Of a stretch of 64,000 bases of DNA, positions 25,072 through 37,680 are shown piece after piece. Under the pieces are notes generated by a model. It did no database searches. It was given only the letters and a program-made list of their open reading frames with translations, and had not been told where the DNA came from. Position 1 is the first letter of the stretch. Each line of letters begins with the position of its first letter. The stretch comes from Calcarisporiella thermophila CBS 279.70 (Eukaryota > Fungi > Calcarisporiellomycota). The translations under genes were made by a program, and so were the position numbers. Where the stretch lies: contig NW_027192213.1 in NCBI RefSeq assembly GCF_041956535.1, positions 120,480 through 184,479 of the forward strand, given 5' to 3'.

Positions 25072-28032
25072 ATGTCAGGAAGCAGCAGAAAGGCACCGCC
25101 AGATGAGGCACAGAAGGTGGGGGATTATATACTCGGCGATGAGATTGGCCGTGGATCCTTTGCAGTCGTCTACAGGGGACGTCATAAGGTAAGTATCTGT
25201 TCTAGCGCAACAATGCATTTGGATTTAACAAAAATTCCCCATCTAGACAAACGGCGGTATGGTGGCGGTGAAGGCGGTGCAGCGATCCAAGTTGACCAAG
25301 AAGTTATTGGAGAACCTGGAATCGGAAATCGCCATTTTGAAAGGGATCCAACATGATCATATTGTTGAGTTGCTCGAATGGAGGGTAAATGAGAGGAGAT
25401 GGAACATGAAACAATTCGGCCTCATTAAATCACTCTTTTCCTTGATGGTAGAATGGAGATAATGTTATCCATCTGGTTATGGAGTTTTGTTCTCTAGGAG
25501 ATCTTTCGGGTTATATTCGACGAAATCGTGCCTCAAGCGGTGGGTCGGGCTCAGCGGTGTTGGGCCTACCCGAGGCCACAGTGAAGCACTTTTTGCGGCA
25601 GCTAGGTAATGTCTCTTTTTTACGGGAATTGACCACATTGACTCACAATATTTCCTGTGATAGCGTCTGCGATTGAATTCCTCCGCACGATGAATGTTGT
25701 TCACCGTGATATTAAGCCTCAGAATTTATTACTACAACCTGCTACCAAGCAGTCGGAGGCCAAGCTCAAATCCGATCTGCCTGTGCTAAAGGTTGCTGAT
25801 TTCGGGTTTGCTCGTCTATTGCCGTCACATAGTCTCGCAGAGACACTTTGTGGATCACCTCTCTACATGGCTCCCGAGATCCTTGCCTACGAAAAGTACG
25901 ATGCCAAAGCCGATTTGTGGTCTGTAGGGACAGTGCTCTACGAGATGATCGTTGGACGCCCCCCGTTTCGCGCACAGAATCACTTGGAACTGCTCAAGAA
26001 AATTGAGAAAAATAACGATCGGATACGCTTCCCCGATGAGGAACCCTCGGGCAACGTCTATGCTTCCTTCAGGCCTATTTCTGACGAATTGAAGGACTTA
26101 ATACGAAAACTGCTAAAGCGGAACCCTGTGGCTCGGATATCTTTTGAAGAGTTCTTTTTGCACCCGTTTGTCGTGAAAGACACTATCGGAGCTCCGGCGG
26201 TGGAAGAGAGAGAAACTGCCCCGAAAAGACTGCAGGTGACGCCTTCATCGACTTCAATCACGACAGGAGCACAAAAAGCAGCTGCAAGTGCGGGTATTAG
26301 TACAGGTGCGGGGATAGGGACTGTTGCGAGCTCGGGAAGAAACGAAGAGGTTGCGATCTCTGCCCCCCCGGCATCGACACCCCTGGTTTCGAATTCCGAG
26401 CATCCCCCTTTCGCCCTCCTCTCGACTGGGAGTGGCAGCACTGGGCGGTCTTATCCCCTCACTCCGCAGGAATCTGCGTCGCGAAATCCACGGCGGAGCG
26501 AGATGGACCCACCCTTTGCCATGTATACAATGGAGGATCGCAATTTTACACGGGAATCCTCCCAGCAATCCGAGCCCATCCAGCAGCGCTCTCGGAACGC
26601 CCCAATACCTATGTATCTAGACAATCGGTACTCCAACGGAGAGGGTCGCACGAGCGGTGGAGCTGAATTGATGTCTTCGTCGGCACAGACTTTCCCCAGC
26701 CCTGATCTCGGGGCTCCTCCGTTTGCCCATAGCCCCACCTCGTCGCCCTCCAATGCATTCAAGTCCTCAACGAGGGAGCGAGCGGAGCGTGAGCGGAAAC
26801 GAAACTCGACGGCGAGCCAAACCTCAGCCTCTGATATGCGCCGCGTGGAGGATGACATTATAGTCGCACGAGAGTACGTGGTGATCGAGAAGAGAGCGGT
26901 GGAGGTGAATGCGTTGGCGGATGAATTGGCCGCCTCTCCCAGCACAACCACCCCGTCTCGGCCCTCCTCGTTCGATTCCGGGCAGACCGGCCAGGGTGCC
27001 ATCGTAGGCTCAACCCCGCCTACCCATACCGCGATTTCCTCCACCACTGGCCCCGTCGCCATGATCCGCGGCCGCTCCACCTCTACCGCCAGTGGGTCGC
27101 CCCTTGACCTGGTCGGAACACCTCCTCCATTTGCTCGACAGCCGTCGTGGCCTCGCTCTGGGCCCTCGGCCACGTCTGCGTTGGCACGGGCTCTTTCGAT
27201 GGCGTCTGCGCGGCTGTTTGGTGCTGGAGTGAGTCCGCCCCAGTCTGCGCCCTTTGTCGGTGCAATGCATTTTGGGGAGTCGAATGACGAGGAGGAGAAT
27301 TCGGTCGTCAGGGAGCTCGAGGACATCTACGAAAAGGCCGTGGCGGTGATGCTTCTCGCGGACACAAAGCTCCCTTTTCTTCTCCCTCAAACACCCCAAT
27401 CTTCCACCATTGCGCAGTGGCTTCAGGCCTCGCTGCAGTCTGCGCCCACCTTTCCCTCACCGGCCGAAGCCGCCTTCCTGCTCTATTTGAAGTCGCTCGC
27501 CCTGCTTCAATACGGTATGTCCGTTGCGAAGTCATATTGGGAAAACATGAGGATTCGCCGGGGCCGCATCGCCTCGGTCCGGGTCAACAACATTGTGCAG
27601 CTGATTCGCGACCGCTTCAACGAGTGCCTTGAGCGCGCGGAGATTGCAAAATCGCGCTGTGACCCCTCTTCCTCTCCGGCTTCCGAATCAGAAACGTGTG
27701 GGATGGTGGAAAAGATACTGTATGAGAGTGCGTTGGACATGAGCCGAGTCGCGGCCATGAATGAGATGACGGGGCAGCTGAGCGGATGTGAACGAGCCTA
27801 CGAGATGGCGCTAGGGTTACTGAAGGCCATTTTGGACGAGGCTGGCCGCGAAGAAGACTACCCCCTGGAGGAGAAGGATCGCCGAGTAGTGAATAAATGT
27901 GAGTTCGATTCCCTTTGCACCCTGACCTTTTGAGCTTACACTGATCTATGTGTTGCTTTAGTTATTGGATCGATCATGATTCGCCTTGGGCAGCTACGCA
28001 AGAAATTGGCCGAGCTTCAGGCTTACGAATGA
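25072..28032 (+). CDS. ATG1: Autophagy Ser/Thr kinase Atg1, multi-exon
   Basis: [79 protein letters not shown]; [19 protein letters not shown]; C-terminal MIT-like helices. Confidence 0.95.
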
Positions 28033-28644
28033 CCTGTGCCTTTTTTGTTTGAATTTATTTCGATGACTTAGTCTTAGCTTAAATTAGTTAGAAAGCGGAG
28101 CTATTGCTTGTTTGTTTTTCATATCATTTCTACTTTTCTTCTTCCCTCTGTTTATTGAATCAATTGTATAATTTTTCTCTGATCATAACCATTTTTATAC
28201 TTTTCTCTTATCGACTTGGACTTTTTTTTTTGAGTTTCCTTTTTATTCTTAACATTTGTAGTTTTCCAATGAGTTTCTTTACCTTGATAATGGTGCCTTT
28301 TCTTCTTTTTTGTTGGTGACTACCATTGAGTGTAGATGATTCTCAGCTAAGTATTTATTATTCACTCTTTTTTTTCCCTATTATAATATATATATTTCTT
28401 TTTCTTTTAAGAAAATGCACAGGCTGGTTACTCCATGAGAATGGAACAAACGTGCTTCTCTATAGTACTATATTATCAAAATATATATATTTTTTGGATT
28501 GAGGGTTAGGTGAGAAGATGGTGTGGGGTACGGAATATTACAAACATCGCAAATAAAATGCAAGTATTTTCTTAGAAATGCAAAGGATCACTTTTAATTT
28601 TTGCAACTAGAAGAGAATGGCGTCGGCGGTGGAGGGGGCCCCGC

Positions 28645-30224
28645 TTAGAACTTCTCCAAGTCCTCAACGCGCTCAATCACGGCAGGCGCCACGATGGTCT
28701 TCCCGCGTAGCACATCGAGCCCCTCCCCGGAGTAGGACACCAGCGGCGAGATCTCGAACTCCTCCACCTCTCCAACCACCGTCCCTCCAGCTTGCTCGAC
28801 GAATCGCGTGTGTTGCTGCACCATATCCCGGCGCGACGTCTCAGGACAGTCCACCCCAGTGCCCGGCGCGTTTTTGAGCGGCGAGAATTCGTCCCTCCGC
28901 TCCACCTCGAACACCGCCATCCGCTCGGTGAAGGGAAACACGTCAAACACGAACATCTCCATCTTGAGGCCATTGGGCTTCGCGGGGATGATTTGCTCAC
29001 CCGTGGCCACGTCGATGCACTTGATCTTCTTTTTCGCGATGTGGTACTCGAGGCGAGCCTCAAACCCTTTGACGGCCCTCAAAAAGTCGAGGGTGTAGAA
29101 ATGGTTGGCGATGTTGGCAGCCCTGAAGGCCAGTTGTCCGTTTGGCTCCGTGCGGGAGGCGATTTCCTCGTCAATTTCCGAGTACTCCACCACCCCAAAC
29201 TTGCCATTGCGCAAACAGACAACCCCAACGGGCTCGGTAGGGCATGCCTTCGGCACCGTCTTTGCGCCACAGTCGGCATTCTTCGAGACGCAGTAGCCGA
29301 TGAACACCGGGTCGGCCACACGAACGAGACAGTTATCCACGCAGTATGCGTGAAGATAGGTCACTCCTCGCTCAGCCATGGAGTCAAGGACGTGGTGCTT
29401 GCGCAATGCCTCATAGACTCCACCATTCCCGTCGGGCGCGGAGGTGAGCTGGCTCTTCGACTCTAAGAGGATCTTTCCGTCCATTGAAAAGCACGGGAGC
29501 GTACCTGTGACCATGGAAGCCATGTGAGTATTGGTCATTCTAAAAGATAAAGGATGCATCACGACTCGATGGACAAGTTACCTTGGTCGAAAAATGTAAC
29601 GTTTTTCTCCTCAAGCCCGAAGAAGTTGTGCTCTTTGAAGAACTTTTCGGTTTCTGCGCGGGTAGGACCACTGGTCATGACATACCATGGAATCACAACA
29701 TCGCCATCGCGTTTGCCAGCCCGGCGTGCTGCCAGCTCTTGCAGTTTCCTGATTCTCTCCGCTTGGATCTGGAATAGGGATTTTCTGCTCGGGAGGCTGA
29801 TGTCATAACATCCTTTCGGAGCACTGGAGCCCAAGCGGGTTCCCTGCCCTCCAGCAAGGAGGATGACCCCGACTTTGTTTTGGGCAATCAGATCCATTCC
29901 AATCTTTTCCCAGGTGGCAACCTGCTCCGCATCTGCAGAGAGGCGCGAATCGAAAACATTTTCTGGAAGGGGCGAGACATCGCAGCGAGAGGGTTGCTTA
30001 GCCCCTTCGGTTGCCAGCTTGTAGATGTGGTTGCAGCGCTCTACATCTAGATGCGAGAGTTGCTGGAATAAACTATTCTTTTCCGATATGGACAGCTCGT
30101 CCCAAAATGCAAGGAGATGCTCTTGTCCAGCGGCAGCCAGTTTGCTCCTCAGGGCATCTAGCTGTTCATTAGAAAAGGAATTCGTGTTCTCATTCGCCCG
30201 GTTGGGGTTCGATGTTCCGTTCAT
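28645..30224 (-). CDS. UAP1: UDP-N-acetylglucosamine pyrophosphorylase, 2 exons
   Basis: LLAGGQGTRLGSSAPKG, WYVMTSGPT, APDGNGG, YCVDN, VVEYSE, KMEMFVFDVF, EFSPLKN, EISPLVSYSGEGL. Confidence 0.96.
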
Positions 30225-30871
30225 CTTGATGGAGAGAGTTGGTTGGAATGGAATGCAAAGAATATGCAGGGGAAAAAAAAAAGAAGAAAGGAGAAAAAAG
30301 TGAGAGGGAAGGATGAGCAAAGAGAGCAAATGTGATGAGGTCTTGAATTGGGCCTTCGCTTAAAAGATATATAGCAGGAATAAGGCTTCAACCCAGCCTC
30401 CGAAAAGGGCGCAAATCCATTGGAGGGTGAAGAAAATTCATATATTATGGTTCTATTTATAAATGTCAAAGCCGATGGGATGACAAACAAGAAGTCTGGT
30501 AAACAGTCCTTTCTCGACGCAGCATCGGATCGTTCCAATTTCCCGCCCTCCATAGCGAGCGGGCAAGGGAGAGCCTTACCTGCGAGGGGTTGGAATGTGT
30601 CGAGCCGAATTGGCCTGAACCGTGCGCTCGTTTGCGAAAAATTTCGTCTGCATGCTTCCCAACATTCAATCGTTCCACGCCTGAAAAATGCACTGGAATG
30701 TGAGAATTTATAAAGATACAGTCCCCTTGTTAAAATGTATCCTTTAGCCAAATTTTCCTTCTTTTCCCTTTTCTCTCTCTCCCTTGTACCTCTTCCTCTC
30801 TTTTGCATCCCCTCCTGACTCGCCCCCCCTCTTTTCCATCGACGCTTGTTTTTAATTATATATAGTATAGT

Positions 30872-32948
30872 ATGAGAACCATAACATTAATAGCCCTCGT
30901 GCTGACATTCACCTGCACCGTCAAGAGTGCCGCCGTCTCCAGGCGTGGCCTCCTGGACCAGGTCGCCAATAACGCCCACGTCATCGACCACATCAACCTG
31001 TTCAACTCCATCGTCAACTCCAATCCCCAGACCGCCGAAAACTCAAATGCAAACACGAAGGCCTCCGGCCCCGGCAACAACTCCATTTTCCAGAAGCAGA
31101 AGAAGAAGTCGCACCACCACCGCCACCATAGGAAGAAACATAGGCACAAGCACTGGAGCAGGAGTCTGGAGGAGAAGGAGAAGCGCGGGGTCGTGGACGA
31201 ATCGGCCAACCAGGCCCATATCGTAGACCACGTTAGAATCGCAAATGCCAACGTGGATTCCAACGGGATTGTGGGCGAGAATAGCAACACGAATACCAAG
31301 GCAAGTGGGCCCGGCGACAATGCGGATCTGGGAAGGGCGGTGGGGGAGGGCCTCTACCAGCAAATGCATAACAAGAGAAGACTAGGCGGCCAAGAGAGTG
31401 AGGAGCTGCAGAAGCGTGGGCTCCTGGACAACAGCGTGAACGGGCTCGATCTCATTGACCACCTATCCCTGATCAACTCGATGGTGAACTCGAATCCCCA
31501 GAACAGCGAGAATCGCAACGCAAATACCAAGGCGAACGGGCCCGGGAACAACTCGAATTATGCAAAGCAGGGAGGCGAAGGCATCTACAAGAAGAAGCAC
31601 TGGCGCCGTGGGCTGATCGATAATGCGGTGAACAACGCAAATCTCCTCGGCCACATCTCGATCTTCAACTCCATGGTGAACTCGAACCCGCAGGACAGCG
31701 AGAACCGAAACGTAAACACANNNNNNNNNNNNNNNNNNNNNNNNNNNNNNNNNNNNNNNNNNNNNNNNNNNNNNNNNNNNNNNNNNNNNNNNNNNNNNNN
31801 NNNNNNNNNNNNNNNNNNNNNNNNNNNNNNNNNNNNNNNNNNNNNNNNNNNNNNNNNNNNNNNNNNNNNNNNNNNNNNNNNNNNNNNNNNNNNNNNNNNN
31901 NNNNNNNNNNNNNNNNNNNNNNNNNNNNNNNNNNNNNNNNNNNNNNNNNNNNNNNNNNNNNNNNNNNNNNNNNNNNNNNNNNNNNNNNNNNNNNNNNNNN
32001 NNNNNNNNNNNNNNNNNNNNNNNNNNNNNNNNNNNNNNNNNNNNNNNNNNNNNNNNNNNNNNNNNNNNNNNNNNNNNNNNNNNNCCCCAGAACAGCGAGA
32101 ATCGCAACGCAAACACCAAGGCGAACGGGCCCGGGAACAACTCGAATTATGCAAAGCAGGGAGGCGAAGGCATCTACAAGAAGAAACACTGGCATCGTGG
32201 ACTCGAGAAGCGCGGGCTGCTCGATAACAGCGCCAATGGGCTCGACCTCATCGACCACCTTTCCCTGATCAACTCGATGGTGAACTCAAACCCCCAAAAC
32301 AGCGAGAATCGAAATGCAAACACAAAGGCCAACGGGCCTGGAAACAACTCAAACTTCGCGAAACAGCGGGGAGAAGGTATATACAAGAAGAAGAAGCATT
32401 GGCGACGTGGGCTTCTAGACAACACGCTCAATAACCCCGATATCATCGACCACATTTCAGCCATCGATTCCACCGTAAATTCAAATCCCCAAGATAGCGA
32501 GAATCGCAATGCAAACACCAAGGCTTCTGGCCCAGGAGACAATTCAAACATATCCAAGCAAGGGGGAGAGGGCTTGTACTTCAAACACCACAGCCCCCAC
32601 CATCACTGGCGGAGGAACACGGAGAACCGCAACGCCAACACGGAGACCAATGGGCCCGCCACCACCAACACCCTGGGCTTCCTTGGAAATGGGGGAATTG
32701 CAGGACTTTTCGCCCAACGCCCGCCCGCTCGGGCCACCTCAAGACCCCCTTTGGTACGTCGTGGTCTTCTCGACAACACCCTGAATGGGGCCGACATCCT
32801 GGACCACATCAGCCTTCTTGACTCCATGGTCAACTCTAACCCGCAAGAACAGGAGAACCGCAATGCAAACACGAAGGCATCGGGGCCTGGAAACAACTCC
32901 AACCTGGCAAAACAACGGGGCGAAGGAATATATTATAAGCATTATTGA
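30872..32948 (+). CDS. Secreted Kex2-type repeat polyprotein (Asn-rich ~60-aa units separated by KR/RR); spans an assembly gap
   Basis: Signal peptide MRTITLIALVLTFTCTVKSA. At least 8 units of consensus [KR]R-GLLDN..N..D(L/I)IDH(L/I)S..(N/D)SMVNSNPQ.SENRNANTKA.GPG.NSN..KQ.GEGIY. The frame differs across the N gap (31721-32084), whose length is only an estimate. Confidence 0.85.
30947..32945 (+). repeat. Coding tandem repeat, unit ~190-230 bp
   Basis: Units are visible at DNA level. About 31496-31604 and 32085-32193 differ at only 2 positions by eye. Confidence 0.85.
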
Positions 32949-33929
32949 TATTAATATTGTTTGAAAATATAGCCGTTAAATTAATGAATTTTATAGATTT
33001 TAATAAATTTTTTAATATTATTATATGGTAAGCTCGAATATCCGAAAACTACTCTGTGTATCAGTTAATATGGAAAAAGAAATTAGCGATGGTGCTTTTT
33101 ATGTCATCCGCTGGATTGAGAAGCAACAGGGCTAGGGTTGCTAACCTAAATTTGTGGAGAAAAAGCTGAGCAACCCAACAACTGACCGAAGTGTCTCTCC
33201 TCGGCTGTCCTTTTTTTTTTTAATTGAGGGCTTTCCTCCCAATTTGATTATCCGAATTCAAGCGAGAACGAGCAGCACCTAGCCAAGGGTCATCTTTTAT
33301 TCCTCTTGGGCCCACTCGCGAATGTCATCTATCCTCTAATTCTATTATTCTCCCTTCTCTTATCATTTCTTCTAATTCAAGGTTTTTATTTGGAAAAGTA
33401 GAAGAGGAAGAGAGCTTAAAAACGGTGAAAAGGAAAAAAAGAGTTGGTTTAATGAAAAAAAGCTTTTTTTGCTCCAAACTACCCCTTTAATATTTTTCCT
33501 AATATTTTTCGCTTTATTACGTGCTGGCCTTTTCTTATATTTTATTTCTCCTCCTAATCATTGCCAATTGATATTTTTGCCACCCCTTGGTATCGCATTT
33601 CTGTTAGCCAGTTTGCCTCGCCTATTTTAGTCGGTGAGTTGGGATGGAATCGGGATGGACGGAGACTTTACCTGAGGATTCTAAGAATGCTGACGCCTCT
33701 TATCTTTTTTTTTTTTGATAGTGGAGAAACCGAAGCTAGTTATCATTCAAGTTATCAAGTGTGCATTAAAAGGAAGCAGCGGTGAGTGCTCTCCCTCATT
33801 TCTTGTTCTCTGTGCTCTCCCTCCTGGTGGAGACGCGTCATCTAATGCAATTTCCCTCATTCCCCTATTTAGATTGAAAACTTCATCCTTGCGTAAGCAC
33901 ATTCCCGGCAAAGATTTTTAAAAAACATT

Positions 33930-36900
33930 ATGGATCAGGGATTTACCGACAGCGTCTATTACTCCGACCGACTCCAATCGCATCTGGCCCGCAAGCGCAA
34001 GTCCGAACCCTCATGTTTTGCAGACTATTCTTCCGCCCTCAATCTCGACACTTCCAACGTGGAGTTTCCTCCTAGTGGTGGCGTCGCAAAATGGGAAGAG
34101 GCCATGCGCCCGGATGAGGTGGTTTGGCCGGTCACGAGCAACAGTAACAGTAGCTGCGGCGGTGGTAGCACTACCAGCAGCGGGATGGAGGCTTACTCCC
34201 GCGATAGTATCATGGGCGTGGATCCGATTTTCGGCTATGCCAATAACGAGGGCGAGATGGGTTTCCCGAATGGAACCGCCAATTTCGAAATGGATTTCGA
34301 GAACGGCGAGGGCATGATGATGGGTAACGACGGGATGAGGAGCACGGGGCCGAATATCAGTGGAGATTCTGCTGGAAGTTTTGCCGCCATGGATTCTGGG
34401 TTTGGAATGGCAGGGATCGATCGATGGGACGGTGCGCCATTGGATCCTACGGGACGCAACACCATGGAGGAGGCAATGACAAATGTGTCCAACATGACGA
34501 ATACCTCGGCTGGCGCGGGAATCGCGGAGCGGAGGCGTGCCCGCCCGCAGATGCTCCGTCTCAACAACCTCGATATGAACTTCGCCTATGCCGCGGCGGC
34601 GGCAGCCGCCTCCGCACCCAACAACGAAATGTTTCCAGGAGAGTCCCCGCTTACTCCCGCGTTTTTTTCCCCCGCATTTGCTGAGGCGCTTGCGGCGATT
34701 GATGCTGCGGCCCACGCTGGAGCAGGGGAGGCGAGGATCTTTAGCGGCGTTGAGCCCGGTATCAACGAGGTCTTCATGGGGGCTCCGGCCGCCGAATTCC
34801 CAAGGGCAATATTTGGCGGAGCCGTAGGCGGAGAAGAGGGCCGAGAGGCTGAGGGCGGAGGAGTAGTGGACCCTGGTGCTATTCACCCCCGAGTCGAATC
34901 CTCGCTCCCCACCCCCACTACCGCTACGATACCCGCCGCCCTTACCCAGGCCCCCGTTGCAACTCGCCCAGTCTCGACTGGAAGTAATAAGGTACGACGT
35001 CCGACCTCACGGCGAAACTCGCGCTCCTCGGTTAAGAGCCCCGTAAACTCGGTTCCCAACTCTCGAGCAACCACCCCCCCCAGTCCTCCGAAACGGCTCA
35101 CCTCGTACAAAGAGGAAGACGAAGACGAAGAAGAGGCGGGAGGTTTTGAAGGCAGGCATGATAAGGCGATGGGGCGCCCGGACACTAGCAACTCAAATAA
35201 AACTGCCGCTGTCATGCAGGACGTGGAGCGGTATCTCGGCTATCCCCTTGCGGCCGGCGAAAGACGACTCCTCATCTTCACTTCCAAGGTAGCGCAAAAA
35301 TCGTACGGCACTGAAAAGCGCTTCCTCTGCCCACCTCCCATTGCGCTACTCCTCGGTGTAGGGTGGTGGCCTTCAAAGCTTGCGGTGGGTGTCTCTGGTG
35401 AGCCGCAGCTCACCCCGATTGAATGGACCACCAACGAGGGCACTGTGCTGGAGGAGGATAGGGCGCCGCCGGAGGGAGAAGACGTGGTTATGGGGCGGTG
35501 CATTGCGAAGCAGTTGTATATCAATGACGTGGATGAAAAACGAAAGCGCGTGGAGGTTGTGGTGAAGGTTAGTGAGGGCAATGTGCCGGGTGGGACCTAC
35601 TCAAGCCGACCAATTAAGGTGATTTCAAAGCCTAGCAAGAAGAGACAAAGCGCAAAGAACATTGAATGTGAGTTAACTTTCTACCGGGAAATCCTAACTC
35701 TCCGTCGATATTACCCCTGACAGAATTTGCTAACCAACTCCATTTTTTTTCTATTATTTTGTTGGATATGGCACAGTGTGTATCCATCACGGCACCACCA
35801 TTGCGCTCTTTAACCGAATCCGCTCGCAAACGGTCTCCACCAAGTATCTTGGCACTGACACCCACGATCGCTATCACCTTGTCAACCCCAAACAATCCAC
35901 CCCGCCCATGGAGAACGCAGTTTTCGTGGCTCGTACAAGCGGATGGGACCCCTACGTGATTTGGATTGTAGACTTACGGCAACACGAGCCGGCTACCCCA
36001 CCATTCCCCGGATGTCCATCCCCACCCGCAATTGCTCAGGCCGGCCCCCAGGTGCCGGTACACTATAACCAGCCCGTGGTGTTGCAATGCTTGACCACTG
36101 GGCTTGTAAGCCCGGTGATGATCATAAGGCGGGTGGACAAGGGAAGCTGGGTCGTGGGGGGAGGTGCAGCGCCTGGAGTCGTTGGAAGTGGCCTACACGG
36201 AAGAGCGGGTTTATGGGGCGAGGAGGGGATCGGGGACCCAGTATCTCAGCTGCATAAGGTCGCCTTTGAGATTCGAGACGTACACGCGGGCGATTTTGTG
36301 GATCCGTCACGACCAGGAGTGTATCTGGCATGTTTGCCAGAGGGGGTCGGCCAAGGCAGGGCCGTGGAAGGGAGCAGAAAAAGCTTGACCCCGATAGCAG
36401 AGGGCGGCTCCGGAGTGCTGGGGTGGGGCAGTGGGGGATGGGTATCTCCCTCTCAGCAGCATGCACAGAGACATTCCCCCTCCGACCAAGAAGAAGGCCA
36501 GGAGGGAGAAGGAAGCGAGGCTGAAGAGCCGCGCGCCGTAACTGCATGCGTGGAAGAGGGGCGTGCCGTTCGGAAACGTAGAGTATCCCTGAACGGTTCT
36601 GGGTTTGGTGGCACCGGAGGAGGTCGCCGCCGAGTGAATAGCGTTGGGGCAGGGCTGGGAATGGAAACCTCGCGACTGAGCGAGCACCATCAACAGCACA
36701 CGGGCGGAAGAAGGCGCAGGATGAGCGCCAGCGTGTCCGAGAGTAGTAGCCGCGGAGTCGGAACAGGTGGCGGAGGATTTCTTGCTAGTGCATGGACGGA
36801 AGATGTAACGGACTTTGGGGTGTGGACCATTGTTGGGACGGACGTGGCACTGCACTCGTTTCTACCCACGTATAGCACGGGTGAAGAGCAAGAGCTAGAG

Positions 36901-37074
36901 GAAGAGGAGGAGGAGGAGGTCGGGCCGGTGGGAGTGAAGGAGGTTGTGGAGGGGGTGGAGATGGGGGTAGAGGACGAGGGGAGTAGACACTTGATGAACG
37001 CCATGCCAGTAGGTGTAGAGTCAGTCAACTCAGGATGGTCTGGCGGGGTTGCACGCGGCATGGTACGTGGGTGA
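33930..37074 (+). CDS. CSL (CBF1/Su(H)/LAG-1) family transcription factor, fungal type, 2 coding exons
   Basis: LIFTSKVAQKSYGTEKRFLCPPP, AKQLYINDVDEKRK, SRPIKVISKPSKKRQS, CIHHGTTIALFNRIRSQTVSTKYL, HYNQPVVLQCLTTGLVSPVMIIRRVD, GDPVSQLHKVAF, WTIVGTD. Intron ~35668-35775. Confidence 0.92.
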
Positions 37075-37680
37075 ATTGCTTGATATAACTTGTAAAAAAT
37101 TCCTTTTTATTCAACAAAAAGGAGAAATGCTATCGGAAAAATCGTGGATTTAGGTGTCTGCAATTTTATTTTTATGAATATATAGTTATAAATATACGTA
37201 CAATAAGTTACTTCTCTTTGTATATGCTTAACTTCACTTTAAGATATTTTTTTTCCTCTTTTTCCTCCTCCTTTGGATAATCGTCTATATTGTTCCATTT
37301 TCTTCTTATTCGTCTTTCGAGTAACTTCTATGTATTGCAATTCTCTTTTATTTTCCTTTTTTCTTTTTTCTTTTTTTTTTTTTGTTTTCAAGTATTTATA
37401 CTCGACTGATTTTTCTCTAAATGCAAAAATGATTTATATGTCAAAGAGTTTATTCGAGAGGTAAAAGAGAAAAAAAACAAACAAATATATATTATATATA
37501 TATAAGGAAAAGAAAATAAAACACAGAAGAGTATTTTTAGGCAAAAAGTGATGTAAGCTAACACATGAAAAAAAAAAAAAGATTTTGGGGAAAGAAAAGT
37601 CCATTAGACCTCTTGGATTTTGTTGTGCTTAATTATTTTTGAGCTATGAGAGCAGAGAGCAAACGACCCTAGCTGGCTAT

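Noticed and set aside
30872-32948. Dikaritin/RiPP biosynthetic cluster around the repeat polyprotein
   Set aside because: The flanking genes are UAP1 and CSL; no DUF3328, tyrosinase or other tailoring gene is visible in the window.
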